NCBI GenBank assembly: GCA_963662285.2
Contig: CAXXMV010000006.1
Span: forward strand, 576,001 to 640,000
Reading direction: 5' to 3'
Source: a bacterium
GTDB lineage: Bacteria > Hinthialibacterota > Hinthialibacteria > Hinthialibacterales > Hinthialibacteraceae
DNA length: 64,000 nucleotides
The notes beneath the pieces are model-generated. The model was not told where the DNA came from. It saw only the letters and a list, made by a program, of their open reading frames with translations, and searched no databases. The position numbers and the translations under genes were made by a program. Positions 26,945 to 36,986 of this stretch are shown here, one piece after another. Positions within the stretch are counted from its first letter, which is position 1. Every line of letters starts with the position of its first letter.

Positions 26945-28388
26945 TGATGGGTTGTGGTCTAGGCGAATTTTTCCTGAGAAATTTCACCCAGTCAATAATG
27001 GCGTATATGAAGAATGATAGCAAGAAGAGCGTAAGAATTAATCTGGTGCGTTGGTTTAAATAGCCTTTCAGGCAGTTGGTTTGGCTCCATGTGTTCCAGC
27101 GGAAGGTTATGATGGTTATGGCCGCTGCTATATCAATAGGCATGGATAAGGTGGTTACCAACAGGCAGCGGGTGGGATGCAATATTGTAATGACTACTCC
27201 GCTTGTCGCCATGACGCCAAACAGGAGACTTAGGATAAGCAATGATAAATAATCCTGCGCCAGTAAAGCAAAGGGTAATACGGGAACCAGTAAGGCGCCG
27301 GCGTTCGACATAGTGAGCCCAAGCGCCATGATGGGACGCGGGATGATGGGGACGCCGTTTTTATCTAGAACTGTGTCATGAGTGATAGATGATGAACCTT
27401 GTTCTTTACGAATCTGTTTTCTCTTTTTGTTATAGATATTGCCTAGAATAGACATGGTTAATGCAAGCGTAACAAAAAATGCAATAATTGTGATTAATAT
27501 CGTTTCTAGTGGAAGAGAGAATGCGTGTTGAAAAATCCAGTATGAGAACAAATTGCAGATTACAGTGATGAAGCAAAATATGATGACGGCAATTATTATT
27601 AATCGTTTTTCAGGTTTGGATTCAGCATTTTTCGTTTGCCATTTCATTTGGAAATAGCCGCCTATCGAGGCGCCAACCAGGTGTGAAATAACGGGCAGTG
27701 AAAAGACCATAGATGCCAGTTTGCCTAAAAATCCTGATTTAACCGAGACTGATGAGATGCCAGCAGCGGCTAGTTTTGGAATTGACGGGGTGATGGCGGA
27801 TAGAATAAGCATTGAGAAGGCTGAAGATGGATTGGAATTCTCCAGGGTCTGTTCCACGAAAGCGATCATTTGTTGCTGCAAAAGTTTGCGGCCCCTTTCG
27901 AGGCGTTTTTTGGTGGTCTCTTGATTTATATCCAACGCAGCGGAGACGCTCTTGATGGATTGATGTTGACGATAAAACAATACTAGTGGTTCACGGTAGG
28001 TTTCGGGGATTTTTTCCAGTTCACGCCACAGGATATCTTCTTCCTCACGGCTGATAGCGCGATTCCGGGGGGAATCAAAGGCATCGATAGGTTGATCGAT
28101 CACGTGATCAGAAATGTCAGAGCCTTTTGATTGACGGTAGAAATTTTTAAGCAGGTTGCGGGCGATGCCGCATAGCCACTGGCGGAATTTCGTTTTATCC
28201 CTTAAATCGGATAGTTTCTTCCATGCAATAATGAAGGTTTCCTGGGCGATGTCTTCGCTATATTGCAGGTTGCCGGTTCCACTATAAGTAATCGAACAGA
28301 TCAGCGATTGATAGCACTCGACCAATTGGCCAAACGCTTGAGCGTCACCCTTGATGCTTAGTTCTATTAATTTTGTTTCATCGTTCAT
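26931..28388 (-). CDS. ECF sigma factor with a fused multi-pass transmembrane C-terminal extension
   Basis: Region 2 GD..AF..LV..Y, EDIAQETF..AW, F..WL.GIARN; region 4 IPE.YRE.LVL.Y..S...V...L....T...RL.RGR; about 6 TM helices after residue ~225. Confidence 0.88.
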   Translation of the reverse strand: MNDETKLIELSIKGDAQAFGQLVECYQSLICSITYSGTGNLQYSEDIAQETFIIAWKKLSDLRDKTKFRQWLCGIARNLLKNFYRQSKGSDISDHVIDQPIDAFDSPRNRAISREEEDILWRELEKIPETYREPLVLFYRQHQSIKSVSAALDINQETTKKRLERGRKLLQQQMIAFVEQTLENSNPSSAFSMLILSAITPSIPKLAAAGISSVSVKSGFLGKLASMVFSLPVISHLVGASIGGYFQMKWQTKNAESKPEKRLIIIAVIIFCFITVICNLFSYWIFQHAFSLPLETILITIIAFFVTLALTMSILGNIYNKKRKQIRKEQGSSSITHDTVLDKNGVPIIPRPIMALGLTMSNAGALLVPVLPFALLAQDYLSLLILSLLFGVMATSGVVITILHPTRCLLVTTLSMPIDIAAAITIITFRWNTWSQTNCLKGYLNQRTRLILTLFLLSFFIYAIIDWVKFLRKNSPRPQPINDDL

Positions 28389-28563
28389 TTGATGGTTATC
28401 CTACACGAATTTTATTATTTATATATCTAGTGGATTGGAAAGGCAGATAGGTGACATTTTTTAAAGCATTGATTTCTATCTCCCTTCTCAATTGAGTAAG
28501 AATATCGTGTAATAAGGTTCTGTTTCTCTTTTAATCAATAAGAATTGGAAGGATTTATTAATA

Positions 28564-30504
28564 ATGAGTTCAAAAAATAATAATTCTAATATAAAGCGGC
28601 GTGATTTTGTGAAACATGCAGGGCTGGGCGTTGCTTTGGGCGGGATATTGAGTGGTTGCCAGACTACAGCGAAAAAATGCGACTCAGGTCGTACAGAAAC
28701 AGTTGTTCGGGAACTGACCAAGAACGGTCTGTTAACCCATTACGAAATACTGACTGATATAGTCATCGTGGGCGGGGGGATGTCAGGCGTTTGCGCGGCT
28801 ATAGCCGCAGCCCGCAACGGCGCCAAGGTTGTTTTGATTCAAGACAGGTCGGTTCTGGGCGGCAACGCCTCCAGCGAAATACGTATGCATATTGTCGGCG
28901 CCGACCGGCATGGCGGCAGGAAGGATACTGATTCGAGGGAATCAGGCATTTTGGAAGAGATTCGGCTGGAGATGGCGGTTCGTAATCCAGAACGCAGCCC
29001 CAGCCTATCCGATCTTTTACTTTATGAATGGGTGATGCGTGAGCCTAATATCACCTTGATGCTCGATACGCATTGCTATGGAGTAAAGATGAAAAGTCAA
29101 GACTCTATTGGCGCTGTGCTGGCCTCACGCTTCATGACTGAAGACGTTTTTACCATCAAGGCGCCGCTCTTTATTGATTGCAGTGGAGATGGCCGGGTGG
29201 GCGCTGAAGCTGGAGCGGCTTTCCGGGTTGGCCGGGAGGGGCGCGACGAATATGGCGAACCACTGGCGCCGCTTAAAGCTGATAATCAGACTATGGGCAA
29301 CTCACTAATGTTTATGGCCAGGAAATTAGATCACCCGGTTCCTTTCAAGGCGCCGGATTGGATTCGTAAGTTTGATGGCCCGTTGCCGCACCGGGGCATT
29401 GGTTCGTATGAGTATGGCTTCTGGTGGAACGAGTTGGGCGGCGACAAGGATATTATAAAAGACGGCGAAGATATCCGTCATGAACTGCTATGCAGCGCGC
29501 TGGGCATCTGGGATTTGATCAAAAACAGTGGGCATTATAAAGACAGTGAAAACTGGTCGCTTGATTGGCTGGGCGCTATTCCAGGCAAGCGCGAAAGCCG
29601 GCGCTTTGTTGGCGATTATGTTCTTAAAGAGCAAGATATACGTAAGCCTGAACTGTTTGAAGACGGAGTCGCGTTTGGCGGGTGGAACATAGATCTGCAT
29701 CCAGCCGCTGGATTGAATACTTCAGAAAGTCCTTTTCAATCGCATCCTATTCCACTTTATAATATTCCGTTTAGATCGCTCTATTCCAGGAATATCAAGA
29801 ACCTGATGTTTGCGGGTCGCAACCATAGCGTCACTCATGTAGCGTTCGGCAGCACCAGGGTAATGGGAACCTGCGCGGCAATGGGGCAGGCGGCGGGTGC
29901 GGGGGCTGCTTTATGCGTCAAAAACCAATGCTTGCCGCGAGAATTATACCGCGAATCGATTAATACACTCCAGCAACAACTGCTGAAAGATGACGCATAC
30001 ATCGTTGGTGGAGTTAACGCTGATTCCTATGATCTCGCCCGGACGGCGGCGGTGCGCGCCTCCAGCCAGATGAATTCTTCTACGTCAGCGGCTAATGTTG
30101 TTAATGGAATTACCCGCAGCGTTTATCAGCAATCCAATAAGTGGATTTCGGATAAAAAAGTAAACTTGCCTCAGTGGATTGATCTGAAATTCAAAGAAAG
30201 CAGTCGTATCAGTGAAGTTCACTTGACCTTCGATTCAGGTTTAAACCGGCAATTAACGCTTACCTACAGCGATGGCCATCATTCGCACCAGACGTGGAAG
30301 CCTCAACCGGAGACGGTTCGCGACTATGATATTCAAGTTGTGCATGGCGAGAGCGCGGAGACGGTTGTTAGTGTTACTGGCAATTATCAGCGTAAACTAA
30401 TCCATAAATTCGATGCTCGCATGGCGAGCGGCATACGTTTGATTGTCAAAGCTACTAACGGCGACGATGCAGCGCGGGTTTTCGAAATTCGCGCTTATGC
30501 ATAA
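28564..30504 (+). CDS. FAD-dependent oxidoreductase (FAD_oxidored family) with Tat/lipoprotein signal and C-terminal F5/8-type C-like domain
   Basis: KRRDFV..LSGC; DIVIVGGG.SG..AA.AAAR.G; LGGNASSE; FIDCSGDG; GKRESRR; NL.FAGR; STRVM.T. Confidence 0.9.
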   Translation: MSSKNNNSNIKRRDFVKHAGLGVALGGILSGCQTTAKKCDSGRTETVVRELTKNGLLTHYEILTDIVIVGGGMSGVCAAIAAARNGAKVVLIQDRSVLGGNASSEIRMHIVGADRHGGRKDTDSRESGILEEIRLEMAVRNPERSPSLSDLLLYEWVMREPNITLMLDTHCYGVKMKSQDSIGAVLASRFMTEDVFTIKAPLFIDCSGDGRVGAEAGAAFRVGREGRDEYGEPLAPLKADNQTMGNSLMFMARKLDHPVPFKAPDWIRKFDGPLPHRGIGSYEYGFWWNELGGDKDIIKDGEDIRHELLCSALGIWDLIKNSGHYKDSENWSLDWLGAIPGKRESRRFVGDYVLKEQDIRKPELFEDGVAFGGWNIDLHPAAGLNTSESPFQSHPIPLYNIPFRSLYSRNIKNLMFAGRNHSVTHVAFGSTRVMGTCAAMGQAAGAGAALCVKNQCLPRELYRESINTLQQQLLKDDAYIVGGVNADSYDLARTAAVRASSQMNSSTSAANVVNGITRSVYQQSNKWISDKKVNLPQWIDLKFKESSRISEVHLTFDSGLNRQLTLTYSDGHHSHQTWKPQPETVRDYDIQVVHGESAETVVSVTGNYQRKLIHKFDARMASGIRLIVKATNGDDAARVFEIRAYA

Positions 30505-30528
30505 GTAGAGAATAATGGGAGTGACCCA

Positions 30529-31998
30529 ATGAATTACACCATTAGAAGATTTGTCTTTTCCCTGGTTTTACCGGGATTATTTCTTTTATCAATAGCGCCA
30601 GCTTTCGCGGCTATGGGGCCGTTGAAAGTTTCGACGGACAATCCACGGTATTTCGCCGATCTGGATGGGAATATTGTATATTTAACTGGATCGCATACCT
30701 GGGCGTCGTTTCAAGAGAGAGGCCTTGAAGGCGAGACGCCTGATCTGGATTATCCTGAATTCCTCAATTTTATGGAAAAGCATAATCATAATTTTATGCG
30801 CTTATGGATGTGGGAACATGCAACCTGGATGCAGTTTAAGGAAAAGAGCGTACCGGTTAGATATAAACCGTTGCGTTATATGAGAACCGGGCCGGGAAAG
30901 GCGCTCGATGGTGGTTTGAAATTTGACGTCACCCAATTTAATCCGGAGTTTTTTGAACGCCTACGTGAGCGGGTGTTTCTAGCGCGGGAGAAAGGTATTT
31001 ATGTCGGCGTTATGCTTTTTCAGGGATTCAGCATCGAACAAAAAGGTAAAAAAGGCGTCAATACCCGAATGGGCAATCCCTGGGATGGTCATCCATTCAA
31101 TAAGAACAATAACATTAATGGCATTGATGGCGACTTGAATGGCGACGGCGAGGGTGAAGAGGTTCATACCCTGGCTAATTCCACCATTACTGCAATCCAG
31201 GAAAAATTCGTTGCCAGAGTTATTGATGAACTCAATGGTTTTGATAATATCATTTGGGAAATCAGCAACGAGAGTCATGGCGATTCGACGGAATGGCAGT
31301 ATCAGATGATACGCTTCATCAAGGAATACGAATCGACTAAGAAATATCAACATCCTGTATGGATGACTTTCCAATTTTCAGGACACGCCAGAGGCGATAA
31401 CGATGCTTTATTTGATAGTCCGGCGGATGCTATTTCACCGGATGGAACAGATGGATTCAATGATAATCCTCCCGATTTGGAAGGGAATAAAATTGTGATC
31501 TCTGACACGGATCATATCGATCCGTGGTTGAAGAATATAAGTTATAAATGGGCATGGAAGAGTTTTGTGCGGGGAATTAATCCTATAGTAATGGATTCTT
31601 ATAAAGATATACGGCAGCCGGATGATATGGAAAAACTTGAGAAGATGCGCGAGGTTTTAGGACAGACTTTTCTTTTCTCGAAAATTATTGACTTGAAGAA
31701 CATGATTCCACAAAACGAACTATGTTCTTCAGGATATTGTCTGGCGCAGGTGGGTGAAGAATATCTGGCTTATCAGCCGGAATCGGAAAAACTGTTTTGG
31801 GTGGATTTACCCGGCGGATCGTATCAGGTCGATCTATTTTCGCCCCGTAAGGGAAAAGTGATAACATCCATCGCAGTAACAAGCAATATGCAGAAGAAGC
31901 AATTGATCCCCATCTTTTTTTATGGCGATGTGGTTGCGCATATAAAGAGACAAGTTTTCGGCGAAGAAGATAATAAAGCAGCGGATGGGAATTCTTAA
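30529..31998 (+). CDS. Secreted GH-like TIM-barrel protein (DUF6298/DUF4038-like)
   Basis: Signal peptide; GPL.V...NPRYF; YLTGSHTW; NFMRLW.WE; WEISNE; SDTDH. Confidence 0.7.
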   Translation: MNYTIRRFVFSLVLPGLFLLSIAPAFAAMGPLKVSTDNPRYFADLDGNIVYLTGSHTWASFQERGLEGETPDLDYPEFLNFMEKHNHNFMRLWMWEHATWMQFKEKSVPVRYKPLRYMRTGPGKALDGGLKFDVTQFNPEFFERLRERVFLAREKGIYVGVMLFQGFSIEQKGKKGVNTRMGNPWDGHPFNKNNNINGIDGDLNGDGEGEEVHTLANSTITAIQEKFVARVIDELNGFDNIIWEISNESHGDSTEWQYQMIRFIKEYESTKKYQHPVWMTFQFSGHARGDNDALFDSPADAISPDGTDGFNDNPPDLEGNKIVISDTDHIDPWLKNISYKWAWKSFVRGINPIVMDSYKDIRQPDDMEKLEKMREVLGQTFLFSKIIDLKNMIPQNELCSSGYCLAQVGEEYLAYQPESEKLFWVDLPGGSYQVDLFSPRKGKVITSIAVTSNMQKKQLIPIFFYGDVVAHIKRQVFGEEDNKAADGNS

Positions 31999-33440
31999 TG
32001 CAGCACCCTACAATAGTATGGTTTCGACGAGACCTTCGTGTATCTGATAATCCCGCTCTGGTTGAAGCAATCAGCCGGGGGATGCCGATAGTTCCAGTTT
32101 TTATCTGGTCGCCGGAAGACGAATGTGACTGGCCTCCCGGCGCGGGAAGCCGATGGTGGTTGCATCATTCATTGCAAAGTTTGGATAATGATCTAAAGAA
32201 ACTGGGCTCCCGTCTTATCGTTCGACAGGGCAACTCAATGGATGAGTTGCAGAATCTGATCATCGAGACCGGCGCTGGAGCGCTTTATTGGAACCGGCGT
32301 TATGAACCGTCTCTGGTAGCGCGGGGAGCGGAGATTAAATCTGAGTTCAGGTCTCAACGAATTGAGGTTGAAAGTTTTAATGGTTCTCTATTATATGAGC
32401 CGTGGGGAGTTTTGAGCAACCTGGAAAAACCAATTAAAATATTTAATGATTTTTGGAAAGCATGCATCAAACTTCCTGAACCGTCGCCTCCAATTTCATC
32501 GCCGCGCGAAATCACCGCTCCGGCAAAATGGCCGAAATCTGTTCCGGTTGAGCAACTTGATCTATTAGGTGAAATCGATAGAATTTCCGGTTTCCGCACT
32601 TCCTGGACTCCTGGAGTACATGCCGCTCACGAACAACTGGATCGTTTACTGGTTGAAACCTTGGCTCATTATAAGGAAGACCATGATCATCCTGATCATC
32701 AAGGCGTATCCCGTCTATCACCGCATCTGAATTTTGGAGAGATCAGCCCCCGGCAGATTCTTCATGCCGTATTGGATTACATCCAACCAGATAAGAAAGG
32801 CGCCAACAACGCCTGGGCTTTTTTACGCCAATTGGGAAGACGTGAATTCTCGCATCATCTGCTGTTTCATTATCCTTTTGTTTCTGATCAACCAATGGAT
32901 TCAGCATTCTCCAATTTTCCTTGGATAGATGATAATGAACTTTTGAATGCGTGGCGTGAAGGACGAACCGGATATCCTTTTGTTGACGCCGGAATGAGGG
33001 AACTATGGCATACGGGTTGGATAAATAACCGGGTGCGCATGACGGTGGCGTCATTTCTGGTCAAAGATTTACTGATACCCTGGCAAAAAGGGGCAAGTTG
33101 GTTTTGGGAAACTCTGGTTGACGCTAATTTAGCCAATAACGCCATGGGATGGCAATGGGTGGCGGGTTGCTGCGCTGACGCCTCGCCCTATTATCATATC
33201 TTTAATCCGGTGATCCAGGGTGAACGGTTTGATCCGGATGGCAACTATGTCAGGCATTGGATTCCGGAACTGGCCTATTTACCCAATGACTGGATTCATA
33301 AACCCTGGGAAGCGCCTCCTCTTATGCTGGCTGAGGCTAATGTTGAACTGGGAACAAATTACCCTGACCGGATTGTGGATCATGCCATAGCGCGTAAATC
33401 GGCGCTTTATAGTTATGAAGCAATATCAAAGGGGAACTAG
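31998..33440 (+). CDS. phrB: Cryptochrome/photolyase family protein (class III CPD photolyase / plant-cryptochrome-like)
   Basis: IVWFRRDLRV.DNPAL, SRWWLHHSL, SRLSPHL.FGEISPR, GRTGYPFVDAGMRELW.TGW, GWQW, IFNP..QG..FDP.G.YVR.W.PEL, WIHKPW. Several DNA-binding residues are atypical (see findings). Confidence 0.9.
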   Translation: MQHPTIVWFRRDLRVSDNPALVEAISRGMPIVPVFIWSPEDECDWPPGAGSRWWLHHSLQSLDNDLKKLGSRLIVRQGNSMDELQNLIIETGAGALYWNRRYEPSLVARGAEIKSEFRSQRIEVESFNGSLLYEPWGVLSNLEKPIKIFNDFWKACIKLPEPSPPISSPREITAPAKWPKSVPVEQLDLLGEIDRISGFRTSWTPGVHAAHEQLDRLLVETLAHYKEDHDHPDHQGVSRLSPHLNFGEISPRQILHAVLDYIQPDKKGANNAWAFLRQLGRREFSHHLLFHYPFVSDQPMDSAFSNFPWIDDNELLNAWREGRTGYPFVDAGMRELWHTGWINNRVRMTVASFLVKDLLIPWQKGASWFWETLVDANLANNAMGWQWVAGCCADASPYYHIFNPVIQGERFDPDGNYVRHWIPELAYLPNDWIHKPWEAPPLMLAEANVELGTNYPDRIVDHAIARKSALYSYEAISKGN

Positions 33441-33637
33441 GTTAACAGAGTTGCTTATAAAAGTAGGTTGATCTTTTTCCCCTCAGTCCTTGATATGCAA
33501 TTACCATTCTTACATACTATAAGATTGTGACAATTGAATAGGATTAGAGAAGTTTATATAGAAAAAACCTTTTTAATTGTCATGATGTAATTGTGCATCG
33601 GCACGAAATTTAATATACCAATTTAAAGAGGAGACGG

Positions 33638-34741
33638 TTGATGTTGAAGAAACTATCGGTTTTATTAATCGTAGCGGCTATTGGTCTGACCTGTGTTCCA
33701 GCTTTCGCGGCTGACTCAGATGCGGATAAATATGTAGGCTATTGGGCGCTGGATCTTCCCGGCGGCGGCGCTGGTTGGTTGGGCGTAGTTAAAGCATATG
33801 ACGCCCAGGGACGGGCTTATCTGGATGCAGGCATCCTGTGGGGCGGCGGAAGCGTTGTACCGGTTGATGCAGCCTTTTTGGATCCGGATGGTAAACTTGC
33901 CTTAACGCGCAACCGTACAGTTAATCGCGGCGACAAAGGCGTAATTCGTGAAGTTCGCACTGATGGTAGTTTTGTCCGTGAGAATCATCTTATCGCGCAG
34001 CAAAACAAGAATCGCTCTCATACATTCGTCGAATTACTTTTGGCTTCAGTTGATGGTAATTATATGGAATTGACCCGCATGACCCCTTCGCCTACTCTCA
34101 ACAGAGAAATGAGAATTGAAAAATTTTCTGGTAAACGCATTAAGGATTTACCCGCCCCGCCAGACCTGAGTAAAGTACGTTACGGCGATGCCATTGAACT
34201 GTTTAATGGCAAAAACCTGGATGGATGGAAACTGACCAATCCACGCAGCGTCAGCGGATGGTTTGTTGAAGACGGCGTTTTGAACAACGATCCAAAGCAG
34301 GAAAAAGGCAAGCCGCACGTTAATTACGGTAATATTCGTACTGAAGCAGAATTTGAAGATTTCAATCTTAAACTGGAAGCCCGCGTCCCTGCAGGTGGAA
34401 ACAGCGGCATTTATCTGCGAGGAATCTATGAAGTACAGGTTATGGAGAGTTACGGTTTACCTATAGACCCGCATCACATGGGCGCCGTATATAGCCGCAT
34501 CGCTCCACGCGTAGCAGCAGAAAGACCTGCCGGCGAATGGCAGACGGTTGATATCACGCTTTGCGACCGTCATGTAACAGTTATTCTTAATGGCGCTAAA
34601 ATTATTGATAACGAACCTCTACTGGGTTGCACAGGCGGCGCGTTGACCTCAGATGAATTTCGTCCAGGCCCCATATATCTTCAGGGCGATCACACCGGCG
34701 TAAGTTACCGTAATGTTGTTCTTACTCCAATCATTAAATAA
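33638..34741 (+). CDS. DUF1080 (3-keto-disaccharide hydrolase-like) protein, secreted
   Basis: LFNGKNLDGW, F.DF.L.LE, GNSGIYLRG.YEVQ, GEWQ, GPI.LQGDH..V.YRN; GAGGAG RBS. Confidence 0.9.
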   Translation: MMLKKLSVLLIVAAIGLTCVPAFAADSDADKYVGYWALDLPGGGAGWLGVVKAYDAQGRAYLDAGILWGGGSVVPVDAAFLDPDGKLALTRNRTVNRGDKGVIREVRTDGSFVRENHLIAQQNKNRSHTFVELLLASVDGNYMELTRMTPSPTLNREMRIEKFSGKRIKDLPAPPDLSKVRYGDAIELFNGKNLDGWKLTNPRSVSGWFVEDGVLNNDPKQEKGKPHVNYGNIRTEAEFEDFNLKLEARVPAGGNSGIYLRGIYEVQVMESYGLPIDPHHMGAVYSRIAPRVAAERPAGEWQTVDITLCDRHVTVILNGAKIIDNEPLLGCTGGALTSDEFRPGPIYLQGDHTGVSYRNVVLTPIIK

Positions 34742-34780
34742 TGCATCGCTTGATTTGATTTTAATTTATGCATAACTAAT

Positions 34781-34812
34781 AGGAGACTGTCGAAAGGCGG
34801 TCTCCTTTATTC
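34781..34812 (+). terminator. Intrinsic terminator
   Basis: AGGAGACTGTC-GAAA-GGCGGTCTCCT followed by TTATT. Confidence 0.75.
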
Positions 34813-34906
34813 TATTGTGAAATAAATTCAAATAATCGTTGATTTGATTATTGATTGAAGATTTAGTGTATTATATCTCAAACAAAATATCTGGAGTAAT
34901 TAAAAG

Positions 34907-35959
34907 ATGAAGCAGCAAGAAGGTAAGTGGGAGCAGCGCTGGCATCCTTTGTGGCGCGAATGGGTGGTTTACGCCGCTCATCGCAACCAACGTCCCTGGA
35001 GTGGTGAAGAGGCGCCTCAAGCCAAGGTTGCGCCGGATTATGATCCGGGTTGTTATCTCTGTCCGGGAAATGCGCGGGTGCATGGCGCCACTAATCCAGA
35101 CTATCAAGGCGTTTATATATTTGATAACGATCATCCCGTGGTAGGGCTGGATTCGCCTGTAATTTCCGGGGATCGTCTGGCATCCGCCGCCGGGCTTTAC
35201 CGCCGCTGTAAAGCGGATGGCATTGCGCGGGTGGTCTGTTATGATCCACGGCATAATGTGACGCTATCTGAGATGCCTCTTGGTAAAGTGACTCCGGTTT
35301 TTATAGCATGGCGTGAGCAGGTGCGTGAACTGCAACAGATTCACAACATTAATTTTGTTCATATTTTCGAGAATAAGGGCGAGATAGTCGGCGTTTCCAA
35401 TCCTCATCCCCATTGTCAGATTTATTCCACAAATTTTTGTTTCAGGCATGTTGAAAAAGAACTGGAATCCGCAGAGCAATATAAAAAAGAGACAGGCCAA
35501 AATCTTTTTGCGGCGGTGATTGATGCTGAGCAATCTGAAGAAATCCGTATTATTGCGCAGAATGAACATGCCATCGCCTTCATTCCATTCTTTGCGCGGT
35601 ACGCTTATGAAATTCTGATCTTTCCCAAACGTCGTCATGCCAACCTCATCACTATGTCTGATGAAGAACTGAATGGCATGGCTGGCGTATTTCAAGAAGT
35701 GACGCGCCGTTTCGATACTCTATTTTCAATGAGGTTTCCTTATGTGATGTCTATACTACAATCCCCGGTGGATGATGGGGATTATAGGGATTATCACCTG
35801 CATTTTTTGATGCAGCCTCCTTTGCGTCAGCCGGGATTGCAGAAATACCTGGCTGGACCGGAAATCGGCGGCGGTAATTTTATGGCGGATACCATGCCGG
35901 AAGAGAAAGCGGCTGAACTACGCGCGGTGGATTTGGCGAATTTTCAGGAATTGGAATAA
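34907..35959 (+). CDS. galT: Galactose-1-phosphate uridylyltransferase family protein (GalT)
   Basis: R..RPW.G, CYLCPGN.R, F.ND, FENKG...G.SNPHPHCQ (HPH nucleophile), KYLAGPE, PE..A..LR. Confidence 0.9.
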   Translation: MKQQEGKWEQRWHPLWREWVVYAAHRNQRPWSGEEAPQAKVAPDYDPGCYLCPGNARVHGATNPDYQGVYIFDNDHPVVGLDSPVISGDRLASAAGLYRRCKADGIARVVCYDPRHNVTLSEMPLGKVTPVFIAWREQVRELQQIHNINFVHIFENKGEIVGVSNPHPHCQIYSTNFCFRHVEKELESAEQYKKETGQNLFAAVIDAEQSEEIRIIAQNEHAIAFIPFFARYAYEILIFPKRRHANLITMSDEELNGMAGVFQEVTRRFDTLFSMRFPYVMSILQSPVDDGDYRDYHLHFLMQPPLRQPGLQKYLAGPEIGGGNFMADTMPEEKAAELRAVDLANFQELE

Positions 35960-35962
35960 CTT

Positions 35963-36973
35963 ATGAATCATGAACAGATTAAAGATATTTTATTAGAGAT
36001 TGGACGTCAGGTTTGCGAACATGTCCATCATGCATTGAAGCATCAGTCGATGGAGCAACGAACCTCGGTTCATGAGGAGACTGAGGAAGATACGATTTAT
36101 TCCATCGACCGTGATGTTGAATCGATCATCGTTCCTGAACTGGGCAAGTATGCTGAGTCCCTTGGAGGCATCATCCTTATAGCTGAGGGTATAGGCGATG
36201 AGGATTGCGTTGTTATTCCTGAAGGATTGCATCCTGATAAAGCCGCCATACGCATTATTATGGACCCTATAGATGGAACCAGGGGCATAATGTATGACAA
36301 ACGATCCGCCTTTTATCTGGCTGGAGCGTCTCCCAATACCAACAAAAATCCTTCATTGCAAGATATAGAAATTGCAGTTATGGTGGAACTTCCTACTTCG
36401 CGCAGTATGTTAAGCGACTCTTTCTGGGCGGTTCGGGGCCAAGGGGCGCATCGTTTCACCCGCGATCTGCATACCGGGCAATGCATGGATTGTCATATAT
36501 CTCCGTCAAAATCAAAAACCATCCTGGGTGGATTCGCCCAGATCAGCCGTTTCTTCCCGCCGGGCAAGGATATACTTGCTCAAATCGAGGAAGAGATGAT
36601 TAATGAGCTTTTTCCCGATCCTCCAACCCGACGGGCGATTATCTTTGAAGATCAATACATCTCCACGGGCGGACAACTCTATGAAATCCTAACAGGACAT
36701 GACCGCTTCACGGCTGATTTACGAGCCAGCCTATACCGACGTTTTACATTAGAGAACCGTTGGATAGGATTAACCTGTCATCCCTATGATGTAAGCGCCC
36801 ACCTGATCGGTACGGAAGCGGGCGTTATCATTACCGATGCGGAAGGACAGCCGCTTGATCCTCCAATGGATACGTGCAGTCCGGTGGATTGGATAGTCTA
36901 CGCCAATCAGTCAATCAGGGATGAGGTTGAGACGGTTTTACACAATCTTCTGCGAAAACATAAACTGCTATGA
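35963..36973 (+). CDS. Inositol-monophosphatase-family phosphatase, divergent
   Basis: DPIDGTR metal-binding motif; AVRGQGA; HPYDV.A..I..EAG..ITD..G.P. Confidence 0.8.
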   Translation: MNHEQIKDILLEIGRQVCEHVHHALKHQSMEQRTSVHEETEEDTIYSIDRDVESIIVPELGKYAESLGGIILIAEGIGDEDCVVIPEGLHPDKAAIRIIMDPIDGTRGIMYDKRSAFYLAGASPNTNKNPSLQDIEIAVMVELPTSRSMLSDSFWAVRGQGAHRFTRDLHTGQCMDCHISPSKSKTILGGFAQISRFFPPGKDILAQIEEEMINELFPDPPTRRAIIFEDQYISTGGQLYEILTGHDRFTADLRASLYRRFTLENRWIGLTCHPYDVSAHLIGTEAGVIITDAEGQPLDPPMDTCSPVDWIVYANQSIRDEVETVLHNLLRKHKLL

Positions 36974-36986
36974 ACGGGGAGAAATA

